Assembly (NCBI GenBank): GCA_963666275.2
Contig: CAXXOA010000002.1
Coordinates: 1,216,001-1,280,000, forward strand
Length of the DNA: 64,000 bases
Direction: 5' to 3'
Source: Oceanispirochaeta sp.
GTDB lineage: Bacteria > Spirochaetota > Spirochaetia > DSM-2461
The notes beneath the pieces were generated by a model. That model ran no database searches. It saw only the letters and a program-made list of their open reading frames with translations, and was not told the DNA's origin. A program made the position numbers and the translations under genes. Of the stretch, positions 39,245 through 48,915 are shown piece after piece (position 1 is the stretch's first letter; each line of letters opens with the position of its first letter).

Positions 39245-40525
39245 TCACTTTTCTTTGCCCAGTATGAGACCAGCTATAACCATCTCATCAAAATAGATAT
39301 TCCCTATAAAATAGTTAAAGATGTTCATGTCTCTGTTTCTGATGAAGTTATCATGAATGATAAGAAAGTCGGTCGTATCCAGGGGATCAGACTCCCCGAT
39401 CAGGGTGAAATTATCTTCTCCATCCGTTCTATAGGAGAACTGCAGTTCCCCTTCCCGGCGGTTTTCCATTGTTTTCCAGCGGGACTGATCATCATAGGTG
39501 TACAGCTGCCGGATCTGCATAGATCCAATGGGGGTTGATCTGTACTTTACAAGCTCCATGGTATTCCCGTTCAGGATAAGATGGCTTTCCCAGTCTGATC
39601 CCAGATTCCATTTTAAGCTGCTGCTGTTGGGTTCTCTGAGTACTGTCAGGCTGCCGTCTCTGTCATACCGGAAATACTCCATCCTGTTCTCTTCCAGAGG
39701 GGAGAGACTCCGTTCATACCTGTAGTCTATCGAGTCCTGGAAATGATTAAGAAGATAGATATCAATGTTATCAGTTTCAAAGCAGTAACAAATGGTCTGA
39801 AGATAGATATTCCTCTCTTCAAAGTCCAGTTTCAGAAAGTTACGGAATTCCCCTTCTTTGACAAAATAGCTTCTCTTCTGCATGAGAATCCCTTCATCAC
39901 TGGAAAGATAGGATTTGAATGAGTATCCCTCATGAATCGCATTTATATAGTTTTCACTCTCCACAAGCAGTTCGTTCTCTCTGTAATCGTCTGTGACATT
40001 GTGAAGATTTATCTTCTGATCTGGGCGAAAAAATGAGATCTCCGAGATGCATGTGTCATCCCACCGGCTGCCTTTGTAGATTTCTTCTACAATAAACTGA
40101 AGGGTCTGGACAGGCCCCTCTGTAGTCAGGTCCACTTTCTGTATTTCCATGATATCCGGAAAGGACAGTTCAAGGCTTCTTTCATTGTTGATAATCAGTG
40201 TCATTTTTTTTATGCGGTTGTTGGCCTCGTACCATTTCGGATCAAAAAAGCCCGGAGCGATTTCTATTCTTTCAATCTCTATGGGACTTTCAAATGTATA
40301 GAAAAGGAACTCTCCGGAGCTGTCCTGCTCCTTTCCTTCGGCCCAGCAGCTCAGGAGGTCGCCGTCCATCAGACTATTAACACTGTAGCGGCTCACCGTC
40401 CTGTCATCATGCAGTTGGCTTGAGGCCAGAACCATTGCGTTTTCTGCAGAAAGAATCTCACAGCTAAAGAGTCTCAGAAAAAGTCCTATGCAGAAAAAGA
40501 GGAAAGGTGGATTGAATCGAAACAT
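39245..40525 (-). CDS. Exported protein with an N-terminal discoidin/NADase-type glycan-binding-like domain
   Basis: Signal peptide; 'ASS.L...DGD..SCWAEG...NNRIK...IYKGSRWDDTCISEI'; C-terminal half not recognised. Confidence 0.65.
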   Translation of the reverse strand: MFRFNPPFLFFCIGLFLRLFSCEILSAENAMVLASSQLHDDRTVSRYSVNSLMDGDLLSCWAEGKEQDSSGEFLFYTFESPIEIERIEIAPGFFDPKWYEANNRIKKMTLIINNERSLELSFPDIMEIQKVDLTTEGPVQTLQFIVEEIYKGSRWDDTCISEISFFRPDQKINLHNVTDDYRENELLVESENYINAIHEGYSFKSYLSSDEGILMQKRSYFVKEGEFRNFLKLDFEERNIYLQTICYCFETDNIDIYLLNHFQDSIDYRYERSLSPLEENRMEYFRYDRDGSLTVLREPNSSSLKWNLGSDWESHLILNGNTMELVKYRSTPIGSMQIRQLYTYDDQSRWKTMENRREGELQFSYRTDGEDNFTLIGESDPLDTTDFLIIHDNFIRNRDMNIFNYFIGNIYFDEMVIAGLILGKEK

Positions 40526-40634
40526 GCTGAAACTCCCTGGTGTCCTTTGTCATCAGAAAGAACTGATCCATTCTATTCTGTGTTTATATTGTATCGGGAT
40601 CCTTTTTTAAAGTCACTGTGTTTATTTATGGCTG

Positions 40635-40871
40635 ATGGGATCACAAGGAATTATTGTGGCTTATGATTCCGTGATTGAAGATAAGGACGGAAATCTCATT
40701 ACCATCCCGGCGGACAGTGTTGTCAGCTGTATCGGGCTCAGGCCCAATCCCTCCATGAGAGAGGATCTGATGTATGCGGGGATAGAAGTTTTTGAAGTAG
40801 GGGATGGAGCGGGAATCGGAAATATCAGAACTGTCATTTCCGATGCCTATGAAATAGCAAGAAATCTTTAA
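40635..40871 (+). pseudogene. C-terminal remnant of an NADH:flavin oxidoreductase (enoate reductase-like)
   Basis: 'IPADSVVSCIGLRPN...EVGDG...GNIRTVISDAYEIARNL' only; rest of the gene absent. Confidence 0.7.
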
Positions 40872-40955
40872 TTGCTCTATTCTGATATACTACTAATATT
40901 TCCATTCAAAACGGTTCCATAGGGAACCGTTTTGATTTTCATCAGGAGGCAATTC

Positions 40956-41417
40956 ATGAGTAAAACCCTCATTGCATTTTTTTCCCATTCGGGGAACACC
41001 CGGCTGATAGCCGAGAGAATCGAAGAAATCACAGGGGGAGATCTTTTTGAGATCACAAGTGTGAATCCCTATCCCCGGGATTACAGGGCATCGGTGGAGC
41101 AGTCCAAGAGAGAGCTGGCTGAGCAGGCCAGACCCGAAATCTCTCATAAAGTTGAGGACTTTTCCTCTTATGAGAACATTGTTCTGGGTTATCCCAACTG
41201 GTGCGGGACCATGCCCATGCCGGTCTGGACCTTTCTGGAACAGTATGATTTTTCTGGAAAGAGAATCTTTCCCTACTGTTCTCATGGCAGTGGAGGCCCC
41301 GGAAGGAGTCAGTTTGATCTAGAAGAACTCTGTCCGGATGCAAAAGTGGAAAAGTGCTTTTCCGTCTACGGAAGGTCCTTTAATGATACATTTCTCAGGG
41401 AATGGGTACAGAAATAG
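40956..41417 (+). CDS. Flavodoxin
   Basis: 'FFSHSGNTRLIA', 'LGYPNWCGTMP', 'CSHGSGG'; AGGAGG RBS. Confidence 0.92.
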   Translation: MSKTLIAFFSHSGNTRLIAERIEEITGGDLFEITSVNPYPRDYRASVEQSKRELAEQARPEISHKVEDFSSYENIVLGYPNWCGTMPMPVWTFLEQYDFSGKRIFPYCSHGSGGPGRSQFDLEELCPDAKVEKCFSVYGRSFNDTFLREWVQK

Positions 41418-41462
41418 ACATTCCAAGGTCATAGATTTCTGTTTTTCATTCGTATTTCGAGT

Positions 41463-41900
41463 TTCAGGAGCCGGCCCCGGGCGGCGATTATCGATCCGAC
41501 CTATACCTTTTCGGTGTCTCCTTTCCATACGGCCTGCGGTATCATTGATATTATATGCCACTCCTATGAGGGCTATTTCAGCCATAGCATAGGAAGTCTG
41601 CAGGACGGCATTGCCGAAGCGGTGAACAGAATCTGTGTGAAATACGGGCGGAAAGTCATGACCTGTCCGAAAGACTATGAGGCAAGAGCCCAGCTGGCCA
41701 TGTGTTCCTTCCTTTCCATTACCCATCTCTACGATTGCGGGCGTGCCTTCGCCGGGAATATCCATGTAACCGAACACGTGCTGAGCGCCTATTTCGATAT
41801 TGCTCACGGGGCGGGGATCGCCATTGTCTCACTGGCTCGGTTCAGATATGTTCTGTCCGATAAAACGGCTCACCGATTTCTGGAGGGGAGGGCGGATTAA
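41463..41900 (+). pseudogene. Internal fragment of an iron-containing alcohol (butanol/YqhD-like) dehydrogenase
   Basis: 'AIIDPTYTFSV...DIICHSYEGY...H..EH.LSA.FDIAHGAGIA'; both ends missing. Confidence 0.8.
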
Positions 41901-41923
41901 AAGGACCGGTATTCCCTTAAGAC

Positions 41924-42871
41924 TCAGTCTTCAGGAATCCCTTCCTTCCTGAGGATCTCCCGGGAGGTCTCAAAGAAGTCTGTGAAGACACCGTCGGCTC
42001 CCATCTTTGCCGCACTGATAAGCTCTTCGGGACTGTTGATTGTATAGAGCAGGACTTTTAAACCCTCTGCATGGGCCTTTTCAATAAAGTCCTGCCGGAC
42101 CGAGAGGTACCAGAGGTTCACCGAGACGGCTTTCATTTTTCCGGCGGCTTCCAGCAGAGACTCGGAATAGTATTTTCCTGTCAGGCAGTCCTCAATTTCC
42201 TGCCGCAGGCCGTCTCTTATTTTGCCGGGAGGGACAAGTTTTTCTAGGAGCTCTTCATTTTCCAGCATATTTTTGAACCGGGGGAGCATATAGTCCTCTT
42301 CACCGTATGCGAAGAGTTCTGTGTAGTAGGCAGAGCTGCCCGGAAGTCTTTTCATCAGATTTTCCCTGCGGATGGCTCCATCCAGCAGAGCAATGCGAAG
42401 ATCCGGACATACCTTCCCGAGTTCAGCCAGCTCCCGCCAGTTGAAGGAGCTGACGAGTACGTCATCTGCGGTGAGCTTTCCGCTCTCAAGATAGGAACAT
42501 ATCAATTCTCCCGAAGGTTTTCCCGTGGCTTTTCCTTTCAGCTCCAGTTGGATCATAGGCCTGTTCTGCTTTTCAAGACTCGAAAACAGATCCAGCACCT
42601 CCTCCAGAAAGGGTATTCTGTCCCTGCTGCGGGAAGGATCCCCCGCATACAGTTTCCTCAGGGCGGCGCTCTCTGTGCTGGATACTTTTCCGTCTCCTGT
42701 GGACACCATTTTCAGATCCAGGTTATGGACGATAGGCAGGGCTCCGTCACTGCACCTCTGAACATCCAGTTCTATGGCGCTTACCCCCTGTTCAATGACT
42801 TTCCGGAAGGCTCTGAGGGTATTCTGGTTGTATCCGGGGTAACTGCAGCCCCTGTGTCCTATGAGAATCAT
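41924..42871 (-). CDS. Cytoplasmic glycerophosphodiester phosphodiesterase (GDPD family)
   Basis: 'IGHRG...NTLRAF...IELDVQ', 'QLELKG', 'VSSFN', 'DGVFTD'. Confidence 0.9.
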   Translation of the reverse strand: MILIGHRGCSYPGYNQNTLRAFRKVIEQGVSAIELDVQRCSDGALPIVHNLDLKMVSTGDGKVSSTESAALRKLYAGDPSRSRDRIPFLEEVLDLFSSLEKQNRPMIQLELKGKATGKPSGELICSYLESGKLTADDVLVSSFNWRELAELGKVCPDLRIALLDGAIRRENLMKRLPGSSAYYTELFAYGEEDYMLPRFKNMLENEELLEKLVPPGKIRDGLRQEIEDCLTGKYYSESLLEAAGKMKAVSVNLWYLSVRQDFIEKAHAEGLKVLLYTINSPEELISAAKMGADGVFTDFFETSREILRKEGIPED

Positions 42872-42894
42872 ATTCTTTCCTTTTTAATGCTTCG

Positions 42895-44175
42895 TCAGAG
42901 TAAATTCGGCAGAAACATGACAATCGACGGGATATAGGTCACTACAAGCAGGACCAGTACCAGAGCGATTATGAACGGCCAGATCTCCTTCATGAAATCT
43001 CCGACTTTGACATTTGTGATGGTGCAGGTCGTAAACATCATGGAACCGAAGGGCGGAGTGATGCCGCCGATCATGATATTCACAATCAGTACCAGACCGA
43101 AATGCACAATATCTATGCCCATTGTTTTTATAACCGGAACCAGAAGGGGAGCCACAATAATCAGTACGGCCCCGCCTTCCAGAAACATTCCCAGGAACAG
43201 TAGGAATACATTTATGATGACAAGCATCAGCCAGGGAGATCCGGAGAAGGTCATCAGGGCTTTTGTAAGCTGATGGGGAATCCTCTCCCAGCTCATGTAC
43301 TGGCCGAATACCGATGCGGCCACAATGATCAGGACTACCGTACTGGTAGATAGGACCGTATTTTTCAGAATGATGGGAAAGTGTTTCCACTTCAGTTCCT
43401 TATAGAAAAAGACTCCGACAATGGTACAGAAAAGAACCGCAATGGCTCCGGCTTCGGTGGGCGTGAAGACTCCGAAACGGATTCCCAGGATGATGCCGAA
43501 GGGGAGCAGAAGAGCCCAGATCGACTCTCTCAGCTGTTTCAGGATCTCACCGGGAGGAGACATCTTTTCTCTGTTCGGGACATAGCCCCGTTTTCGGGAG
43601 ATCAGATCGACTGTTATCATCAGGGCAATACACATAAGAAGACCCGGCACGTAACCGCCTATGAACATCTTGGCTACCGATGCCTGGGCAATCAGAGCAT
43701 AGATGATCAGGTTGATTCCCGGAGGAATTACCGGCGCAATGGAGGAAGAGGCCGCGGTGATAGCTGTGGAGAAGGCTTTGCCGTATCCTCTTTTCGTCAT
43801 TTCCGGTACGAGTATTTTGGACTGCATGGCCGCATCCGCATTGGCCGAACCGGATATCCCTCCCATCAGCGTACTCAGTACCACATTGACCTGTGCCAGT
43901 CCGCCTCTCATATGCCCTGTCAGAACATCCGCCATCTTCATAAGGCTGGAGCTGATTCCGGAGAAATTCATGATCTCTCCCACCATTATAAAGAAGGGCA
44001 CAGCCAGAAGGGGGAAGGAGGAGGCGGCGGTAATGAACCGCTGGAGGATCAGGTCCGGAGGGGTTCCCACATCTCCGAAGGTGAAATAAGCCAGTGTCGC
44101 CGCCAGCAGAGCAAAGGCAATGGGAATGCTTGAGAAATAGAGAATCATGACTATGATAATGGGAAATATTGACAT
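42895..44175 (-). CDS. TRAP transporter large permease (DctM)
   Basis: 'LLAVPFF', 'GGISGSANAD', 'GVFTPTEAG', 'GGITPPFG'. Confidence 0.95.
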   Translation of the reverse strand: MSIFPIIIVMILYFSSIPIAFALLAATLAYFTFGDVGTPPDLILQRFITAASSFPLLAVPFFIMVGEIMNFSGISSSLMKMADVLTGHMRGGLAQVNVVLSTLMGGISGSANADAAMQSKILVPEMTKRGYGKAFSTAITAASSSIAPVIPPGINLIIYALIAQASVAKMFIGGYVPGLLMCIALMITVDLISRKRGYVPNREKMSPPGEILKQLRESIWALLLPFGIILGIRFGVFTPTEAGAIAVLFCTIVGVFFYKELKWKHFPIILKNTVLSTSTVVLIIVAASVFGQYMSWERIPHQLTKALMTFSGSPWLMLVIINVFLLFLGMFLEGGAVLIIVAPLLVPVIKTMGIDIVHFGLVLIVNIMIGGITPPFGSMMFTTCTITNVKVGDFMKEIWPFIIALVLVLLVVTYIPSIVMFLPNLL

Positions 44176-44185
44176 ACTGATATCC

Positions 44186-44695
44186 TTAGTTTTCCTGGTT
44201 GGCCGGGGAGTGTTTCAAAGAAGCGCCGAAAAACAGTCGAACCTCCTGAATGAGGAACTGGACGGCGTGAATCGTAATCAGGCAGAATCCGACAGTGATG
44301 GCCGTGTTTACATAAATGGCCGGCACATCCAGAACGGGAGTCCGCTTCAGCCTGTTGGCCTGAATAAAGAGAATACTCAGATAGGTAATATAGGTATTAA
44401 TAATAACCATCAGAAAATTGATGACTATGGAAATGATCTCCCTTATCCGTTCGGGAAAAAGCTTGGTAATAAGGTCTATCCCGATGTGCATTTTATTCCG
44501 GTAGGCACCGGCCGCTCCTATGAAAACGCTCCAGATAAAAGACGTCGTAGCCACTTCCTCTACCCAGAAAAGCCCGCTCTGGAAAAGGTAGCGGAGGATT
44601 ACATTGAGAATTACAACAAGCACCGTCACAGAGAGAAAGGTTCCGCTGAGAACAATTTCAAAATTCCGGAAAGCTTTTTTCATTAAGTTGTGCAT
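44186..44695 (-). CDS. TRAP transporter small permease (DctQ)
   Basis: Four TM helices; 'NVILRY...WVEEV...HIGID'. Confidence 0.92.
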   Translation of the reverse strand: MHNLMKKAFRNFEIVLSGTFLSVTVLVVILNVILRYLFQSGLFWVEEVATTSFIWSVFIGAAGAYRNKMHIGIDLITKLFPERIREIISIVINFLMVIINTYITYLSILFIQANRLKRTPVLDVPAIYVNTAITVGFCLITIHAVQFLIQEVRLFFGASLKHSPANQEN

Positions 44696-44781
44696 TATTT
44701 GACCTGCTTTCAAAAAACTGCGCACGGTCCTTGATCAGGACCGTACGTTTTCTATTATATATTAGCTCAAGGAATCCTGGA

Positions 44782-45792
44782 TTATCTCATGGAATCCAGT
44801 TCGGAGAAAATGGATTCAAATACACCGGGGGTCATCCCGGGCTGTTCTTCGTAAAGGGGAGACAGAGCTTCCCTGAAAGCCATGCCGTCCACTTCGTTGA
44901 ACTTGACACCATAGGATTCCAGTTCCTTCACAACATCGCCATGCTGGGATTTCAGCAGGCTGACCATATCGTTGGCGCCTTTGGTGAACTCCTCCTGAAC
45001 GATTTTTCTGTACTCTTCGGGGATCGAAGCCCAGACATCTGTGGAAATATAGACACCGCAGGTTCCCAGAATATGCCTTGTGGTCGCAACATTCTTTGTG
45101 GGTCCTTCATACACTTTGGTTCCCAGGTTGGTAAACTCAGACCCTTCCAGTCCGTCTACAACACCCTGCTGAACAGCGGAAAGGGTTTCTCCCCAGGGGA
45201 GGGGGGTGGCGATAGCACCCATGGCTGTCAGGGTATCAATGTAGGATTTGGAGCCGGGAGTACGTATTTTCATACCGTTCAGATCGGCAGGAGTTGTAAT
45301 GACCTTGCTTGTGATCAGATTTCTGAAGCCGTAGATATAGTCCAGAGCCAGGATTTTGATTCCCTGTTCCTCTGCCTTTGCCATCATATCCTTTACGATC
45401 TGAGTTTTTGTCAGTTCCACATATTCATCAAAGCTTCTGTAGAGCATGGGAGCATAGAGGGCTTTGAAGTCGGGCACATAGTCGCCTATGAAGGAAGGGT
45501 CTTCCACGGAAATGAAATCGGCTCCTCTGACAACCTGTTCCACACCCTCTTTATAGGCCGGGAGCTGGGCCTGGGGAAATGTCTGTATTTCAATGGCCCC
45601 CCCGGTTTTCTCATAAATGCTTTCCGCTACGGCATCCATAGACTTGGTAAGCTGTTCTGCCGGGCTGAAAACATGACTCAGTTTCAGAACCAGTTTGTAA
45701 TCATCGCCCTCTGCGGCTTCCTGCTGGCCTCCGGAAAAAAGAGGCAGCCCAAGCATGGCAATACCGACTATCAGCAATAATCCTTTTTTCAT
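44782..45792 (-). CDS. TRAP transporter substrate-binding protein (DctP)
   Basis: Signal 'FSGGQQE'; 'YGFRN', 'DLNGMKIRTP', 'GVVDGLE'. Confidence 0.93.
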   Translation of the reverse strand: MKKGLLLIVGIAMLGLPLFSGGQQEAAEGDDYKLVLKLSHVFSPAEQLTKSMDAVAESIYEKTGGAIEIQTFPQAQLPAYKEGVEQVVRGADFISVEDPSFIGDYVPDFKALYAPMLYRSFDEYVELTKTQIVKDMMAKAEEQGIKILALDYIYGFRNLITSKVITTPADLNGMKIRTPGSKSYIDTLTAMGAIATPLPWGETLSAVQQGVVDGLEGSEFTNLGTKVYEGPTKNVATTRHILGTCGVYISTDVWASIPEEYRKIVQEEFTKGANDMVSLLKSQHGDVVKELESYGVKFNEVDGMAFREALSPLYEEQPGMTPGVFESIFSELDSMR

Positions 45793-45825
45793 CTGTTACT
45801 CCTTTGATTGAAAAAGATATTCCGG

Positions 45826-45914
45826 GATCTCTCCATACTGATCAATAGCGATCCCTATATGATCGAAAACGATCATATATTTGTAACATTAACGCCGGTA
45901 AACCGAATTGTCAA
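45826..45914 (-). promoter_or_regulatory. TRAP operon promoter with a phased GATC operator array
   Basis: Minus-strand TTGACA-17-TAATGT; GATC at 45840, 45850, 45861, 45871; perfect repeat TATATGATCG-N4-CGATCATATA at 45856-45879. Confidence 0.7.
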
Positions 45915-46020
45915 ATTAAAAATCCGTTAGCAAAGGGGCTGAACTCTGTGTTTTGTTAGAAATCTGTTCGATATCGATCATAGTTGGAGGAGGGAGGCCG
46001 GATGGGAAGAGGCAGCAGTT

Positions 46021-46815
46021 CTATGAACTAGTCTGAACGACTTTGATATTCAGGGCTTCAAAATCCTTGATGTATTCTTCATCGGGAAAACGGTCGGTAA
46101 TGAGGGTGTCTATTCTTTCTGCGGGAGCTGTCACGAAATCAGAGACAAGACCGATTTTCCTGTGATCCGCCACAACGATGATATCCCCCCGGGTTCTGTC
46201 TATCATCAGCCGGGATGTCTCGGCGGCATACTCCATGGGCGTCGTAAGACCGAAGCGCCGGCTGATCCCGTGGACTCCCAGAATGGCCTTGCTTGCATTC
46301 ACACGGTTCAGGATTCCGTTGGTAAAACCACCGTAGAAAGCATTCGACTCGGGTCTGTAGAGTCCTCCGGCAAGGATAAGTTCCACTCCCGGATTCTTGA
46401 TCTGCCCGATGCATCCCGCATTGGTTGTAATGATTTTGACATTTTGCTTATTGATATAACGGAAAATATGAAAGGTGGTGGAGCCGCCGTTGATAAAAAC
46501 AGTGTCTCCCTCTTCGATCAGGGAGGCCGCATATCTGGCAATGGCATCTTTATTTTCCAGTTCCAGGTCGGACCGGCTGCTGTAGTTTACCTCTTTGTAT
46601 ACCCGGTTAGTGGTAATCGCCCCGCCATGGGTCCGTTCCAGCTGATTTTTCTCTTCCAGAATGGCCAGGTCCCTGCGGATCGTTATTTCCGAGACCGCCA
46701 GTATTCTGCTCAGTTCGGGGACGCGGACATGGCCGTCTCTCTGGAGGAGCTCCAGAATCCTGCTCTGCCTGTCTGTCTGAGAATGAATCTGTCTGTTCTG
46801 ATCGCCTATCTTCAT
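46021..46815 (-). CDS. DeoR/GlpR-family regulator
   Basis: 'VSEITIRRDL..LE....L.RTHGGA', 'FINGGSTT', 'VADHRKI'. Confidence 0.95.
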   Translation of the reverse strand: MKIGDQNRQIHSQTDRQSRILELLQRDGHVRVPELSRILAVSEITIRRDLAILEEKNQLERTHGGAITTNRVYKEVNYSSRSDLELENKDAIARYAASLIEEGDTVFINGGSTTFHIFRYINKQNVKIITTNAGCIGQIKNPGVELILAGGLYRPESNAFYGGFTNGILNRVNASKAILGVHGISRRFGLTTPMEYAAETSRLMIDRTRGDIIVVADHRKIGLVSDFVTAPAERIDTLITDRFPDEEYIKDFEALNIKVVQTSS

Positions 46816-46923
46816 GGACCTTCCGATGATTTTAAAAAATCGCTGATACCGGTTTTGAATATTATCCTGTATACTAAACCTGCGAATTGGTTAATGCAAT
46901 ATCAATTTCAGGAGTACTGCTGA

Positions 46924-47895
46924 GTGGGACGGGGTTCCGGTTACGGCAAAACAATTCTTATAGGTGATCAGTTTGTTCTCTGGGGAATCCCCGCCATTCT
47001 GGGGGCCATCCCTTTTCAGACAGACTGTCAGGTAGACCTCCTGGAACATGGCCGGGGCTGGACCCTTGATGACCGGAGGGAGGAAGTTCCGGGATACAAG
47101 GCGGCCAAAAAGGACGACTGTGAAGTGGCGTTCAACAGGATGATCCGTGTGATGGGGCTGGATCTGAGTTCCCGCACACTGAATATCACCCTGGGGGGGA
47201 CACTTCTGGCCGGAAGCGGTGTGGGAGCCAGTGCCGCTCTGTGCGTCTCCTTTGCCAGGGCCTGTAACGAGGAGTTCGCTCTGGGACTGGATATTCTGCA
47301 GATCAATCACGTGGCCTGGCAGGGGGAGTTCGGATTTCATGGCCTTCCCAGCGGTCTGGACAATACGGTATCTGCCTACGGCGGCATTATCAAGTACCGT
47401 ATGGAAGATCATGTAAAGGCCTTCGAGCGTGTTTCTCTCCATAGTCCTGTCGAAATCGTGCTGGGCAATTGCGGTATTACCAATGATACGGCCTCTCTGA
47501 AGGGCTTTCTGGAGGAGCAGGAACATAGGGATCCTCATCTTTTCAACCGCCGTCTGGATCTTATACGAACCCAGGTGGAGGATCTGGGCCGCGCCCTGGA
47601 AAATGGGGCGCTCAAAGAGACAGGCCGTATAATGAATGAAAACCACCGTATCCTGATCGAAATGGGATTATCCCATACCAGGCTTGTGGAAATGTGTCAT
47701 ATGGCCAACTCTCTGGGAGCCTACGGTTCCAAGGTGACAGGCGGAGGCCGGGGGGGATATATGGTGGCATTCACTCCGGGAAGGGATCTCCAGGAAAAGG
47801 TGGCCACAGCTTTTGAAGAGAGGGGTTTCTCCACCGTCCGGGCTGCTCTGGGGAACCTTCCGACAGATCCCGTGAAATCTCAGATACTTATTTGA
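46924..47895 (+). CDS. GHMP kinase, mevalonate-kinase-like with an atypical substrate motif
   Basis: 'GKTILIGDQ', 'GSGVGASAA', 'HGLPSGLDN', 'KVTGGGRGG'. Confidence 0.85.
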   Translation: MGRGSGYGKTILIGDQFVLWGIPAILGAIPFQTDCQVDLLEHGRGWTLDDRREEVPGYKAAKKDDCEVAFNRMIRVMGLDLSSRTLNITLGGTLLAGSGVGASAALCVSFARACNEEFALGLDILQINHVAWQGEFGFHGLPSGLDNTVSAYGGIIKYRMEDHVKAFERVSLHSPVEIVLGNCGITNDTASLKGFLEEQEHRDPHLFNRRLDLIRTQVEDLGRALENGALKETGRIMNENHRILIEMGLSHTRLVEMCHMANSLGAYGSKVTGGGRGGYMVAFTPGRDLQEKVATAFEERGFSTVRAALGNLPTDPVKSQILI

Positions 47896-47930
47896 AAAGA
47901 AGAGATCCCCCCGGTTGTCCTCCTCTGAAT

Positions 47931-47954
47931 GATCAGAAATGATCGTTTCTGATT
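47931..47954. promoter_or_regulatory. Phased GATC operator upstream of the second DeoR gene
   Basis: GATC 47931, GATC 47941, GATT 47951; dyad ATCAGAAA-tGATCg-TTTCTGAT. Confidence 0.65.
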
Positions 47955-48008
47955 TATTTTGCTTGCAAGAGGCTCTGTTCCTTATCATAATGGGGCTGAG
48001 GTCTGTAT

Positions 48009-48788
48009 ATGAAAATGGAGATTCCCGCGGAGCGTCATGCCCGTATTCTGCAGCTGCTGAAAGAAAAAGGTGTTGTCCGGGTTGATGAACTCAGCCGGGA
48101 TCTGGAAGTTTCGGTCATCACGGTCCGAAGGGATCTGGCTTCCATGGAAAATGACGGTCTTCTTGAAAGGACCCACGGCGGAGCCATCAGTACAAAGTTC
48201 AAGATCAATGAGCCCAGTTATGATGATAAAGGCCTGCTGAATGTGGATTCCAAGTACAGGATCGCCCTGAAAGCGGTCTCTTTGATTGAAGAAGGGGAGA
48301 CTGTTTTTGTGAACAGCGGATCCACTACGGCCATTGTCATAAGAGAGCTTGTGAAAATCCCCGGGCTCACTGTGATTACCAATAATGTGGGAGCCCTTTA
48401 CAATCTGGATATACCTCAGGAAAGTGAAATCATCCTTACCGGCGGTTATTATCGCCCCGGTACCAGCTGCCTTGTGGGGGAGGATGCGGTTGCCCGGCTC
48501 GAAAAGGTATTTCCTTCTTCCACCATACTGGGAGTGGATGGAATCTCCTTCCGGAAGGGATTGACCTCCCATAATACCCACGAAGCCTCAGTGAGCAGAA
48601 AGATGATCGAACAGACAAGCGGCAGAGCGATCGTTGTGGCAGACTCATCTAAAATAGGATCCCTCTCCCTGCACAGCATTGCTCCTCTCTCCCGGGTGGA
48701 TGCAGTTGTGACAGATCGGCTGCCCGATCCTTCTGTTCAGCAGGATTTTCAGAGCGCGGGAATCGATCTTATCATGACAGATCTGTGA
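48009..48788 (+). CDS. DeoR/GlpR-family regulator
   Basis: 'VSVITVRRDL..ME..GLLERTHGGA', 'VNSGSTT', 'VADSSKI'. Confidence 0.95.
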   Translation: MKMEIPAERHARILQLLKEKGVVRVDELSRDLEVSVITVRRDLASMENDGLLERTHGGAISTKFKINEPSYDDKGLLNVDSKYRIALKAVSLIEEGETVFVNSGSTTAIVIRELVKIPGLTVITNNVGALYNLDIPQESEIILTGGYYRPGTSCLVGEDAVARLEKVFPSSTILGVDGISFRKGLTSHNTHEASVSRKMIEQTSGRAIVVADSSKIGSLSLHSIAPLSRVDAVVTDRLPDPSVQQDFQSAGIDLIMTDL

Positions 48789-48850
48789 TCTGATCGGGAA
48801 TGACCGCTTAAATAGCCAATCGGGATAGAATCTCATTTTAATTCAAAAAC

Positions 48851-48895
48851 GATCTTTAAAGTTGACAAAACGATCAATCACAATCTAATATGATC
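48851..48895 (+). promoter_or_regulatory. Promoter of the Ldh_2/malic enzyme/glpK operon, overlapped by phased GATC boxes
   Basis: TTGACA at 48862, TAATAT at 48886; GATC 48851, 48872, 48892 and AATC 48882. Confidence 0.65.
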
Positions 48896-48915
48896 AGTAT
48901 ACAAGGAGTAAAATC

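Noticed and set aside
44724..44744. Hairpin ACGGTCCT-TGATC-AGGACCGT containing GATC as a DeoR site
   Set aside because: Single unphased GATC between dctP and dctQ; more simply an mRNA-stabilising stem after the binding-protein gene
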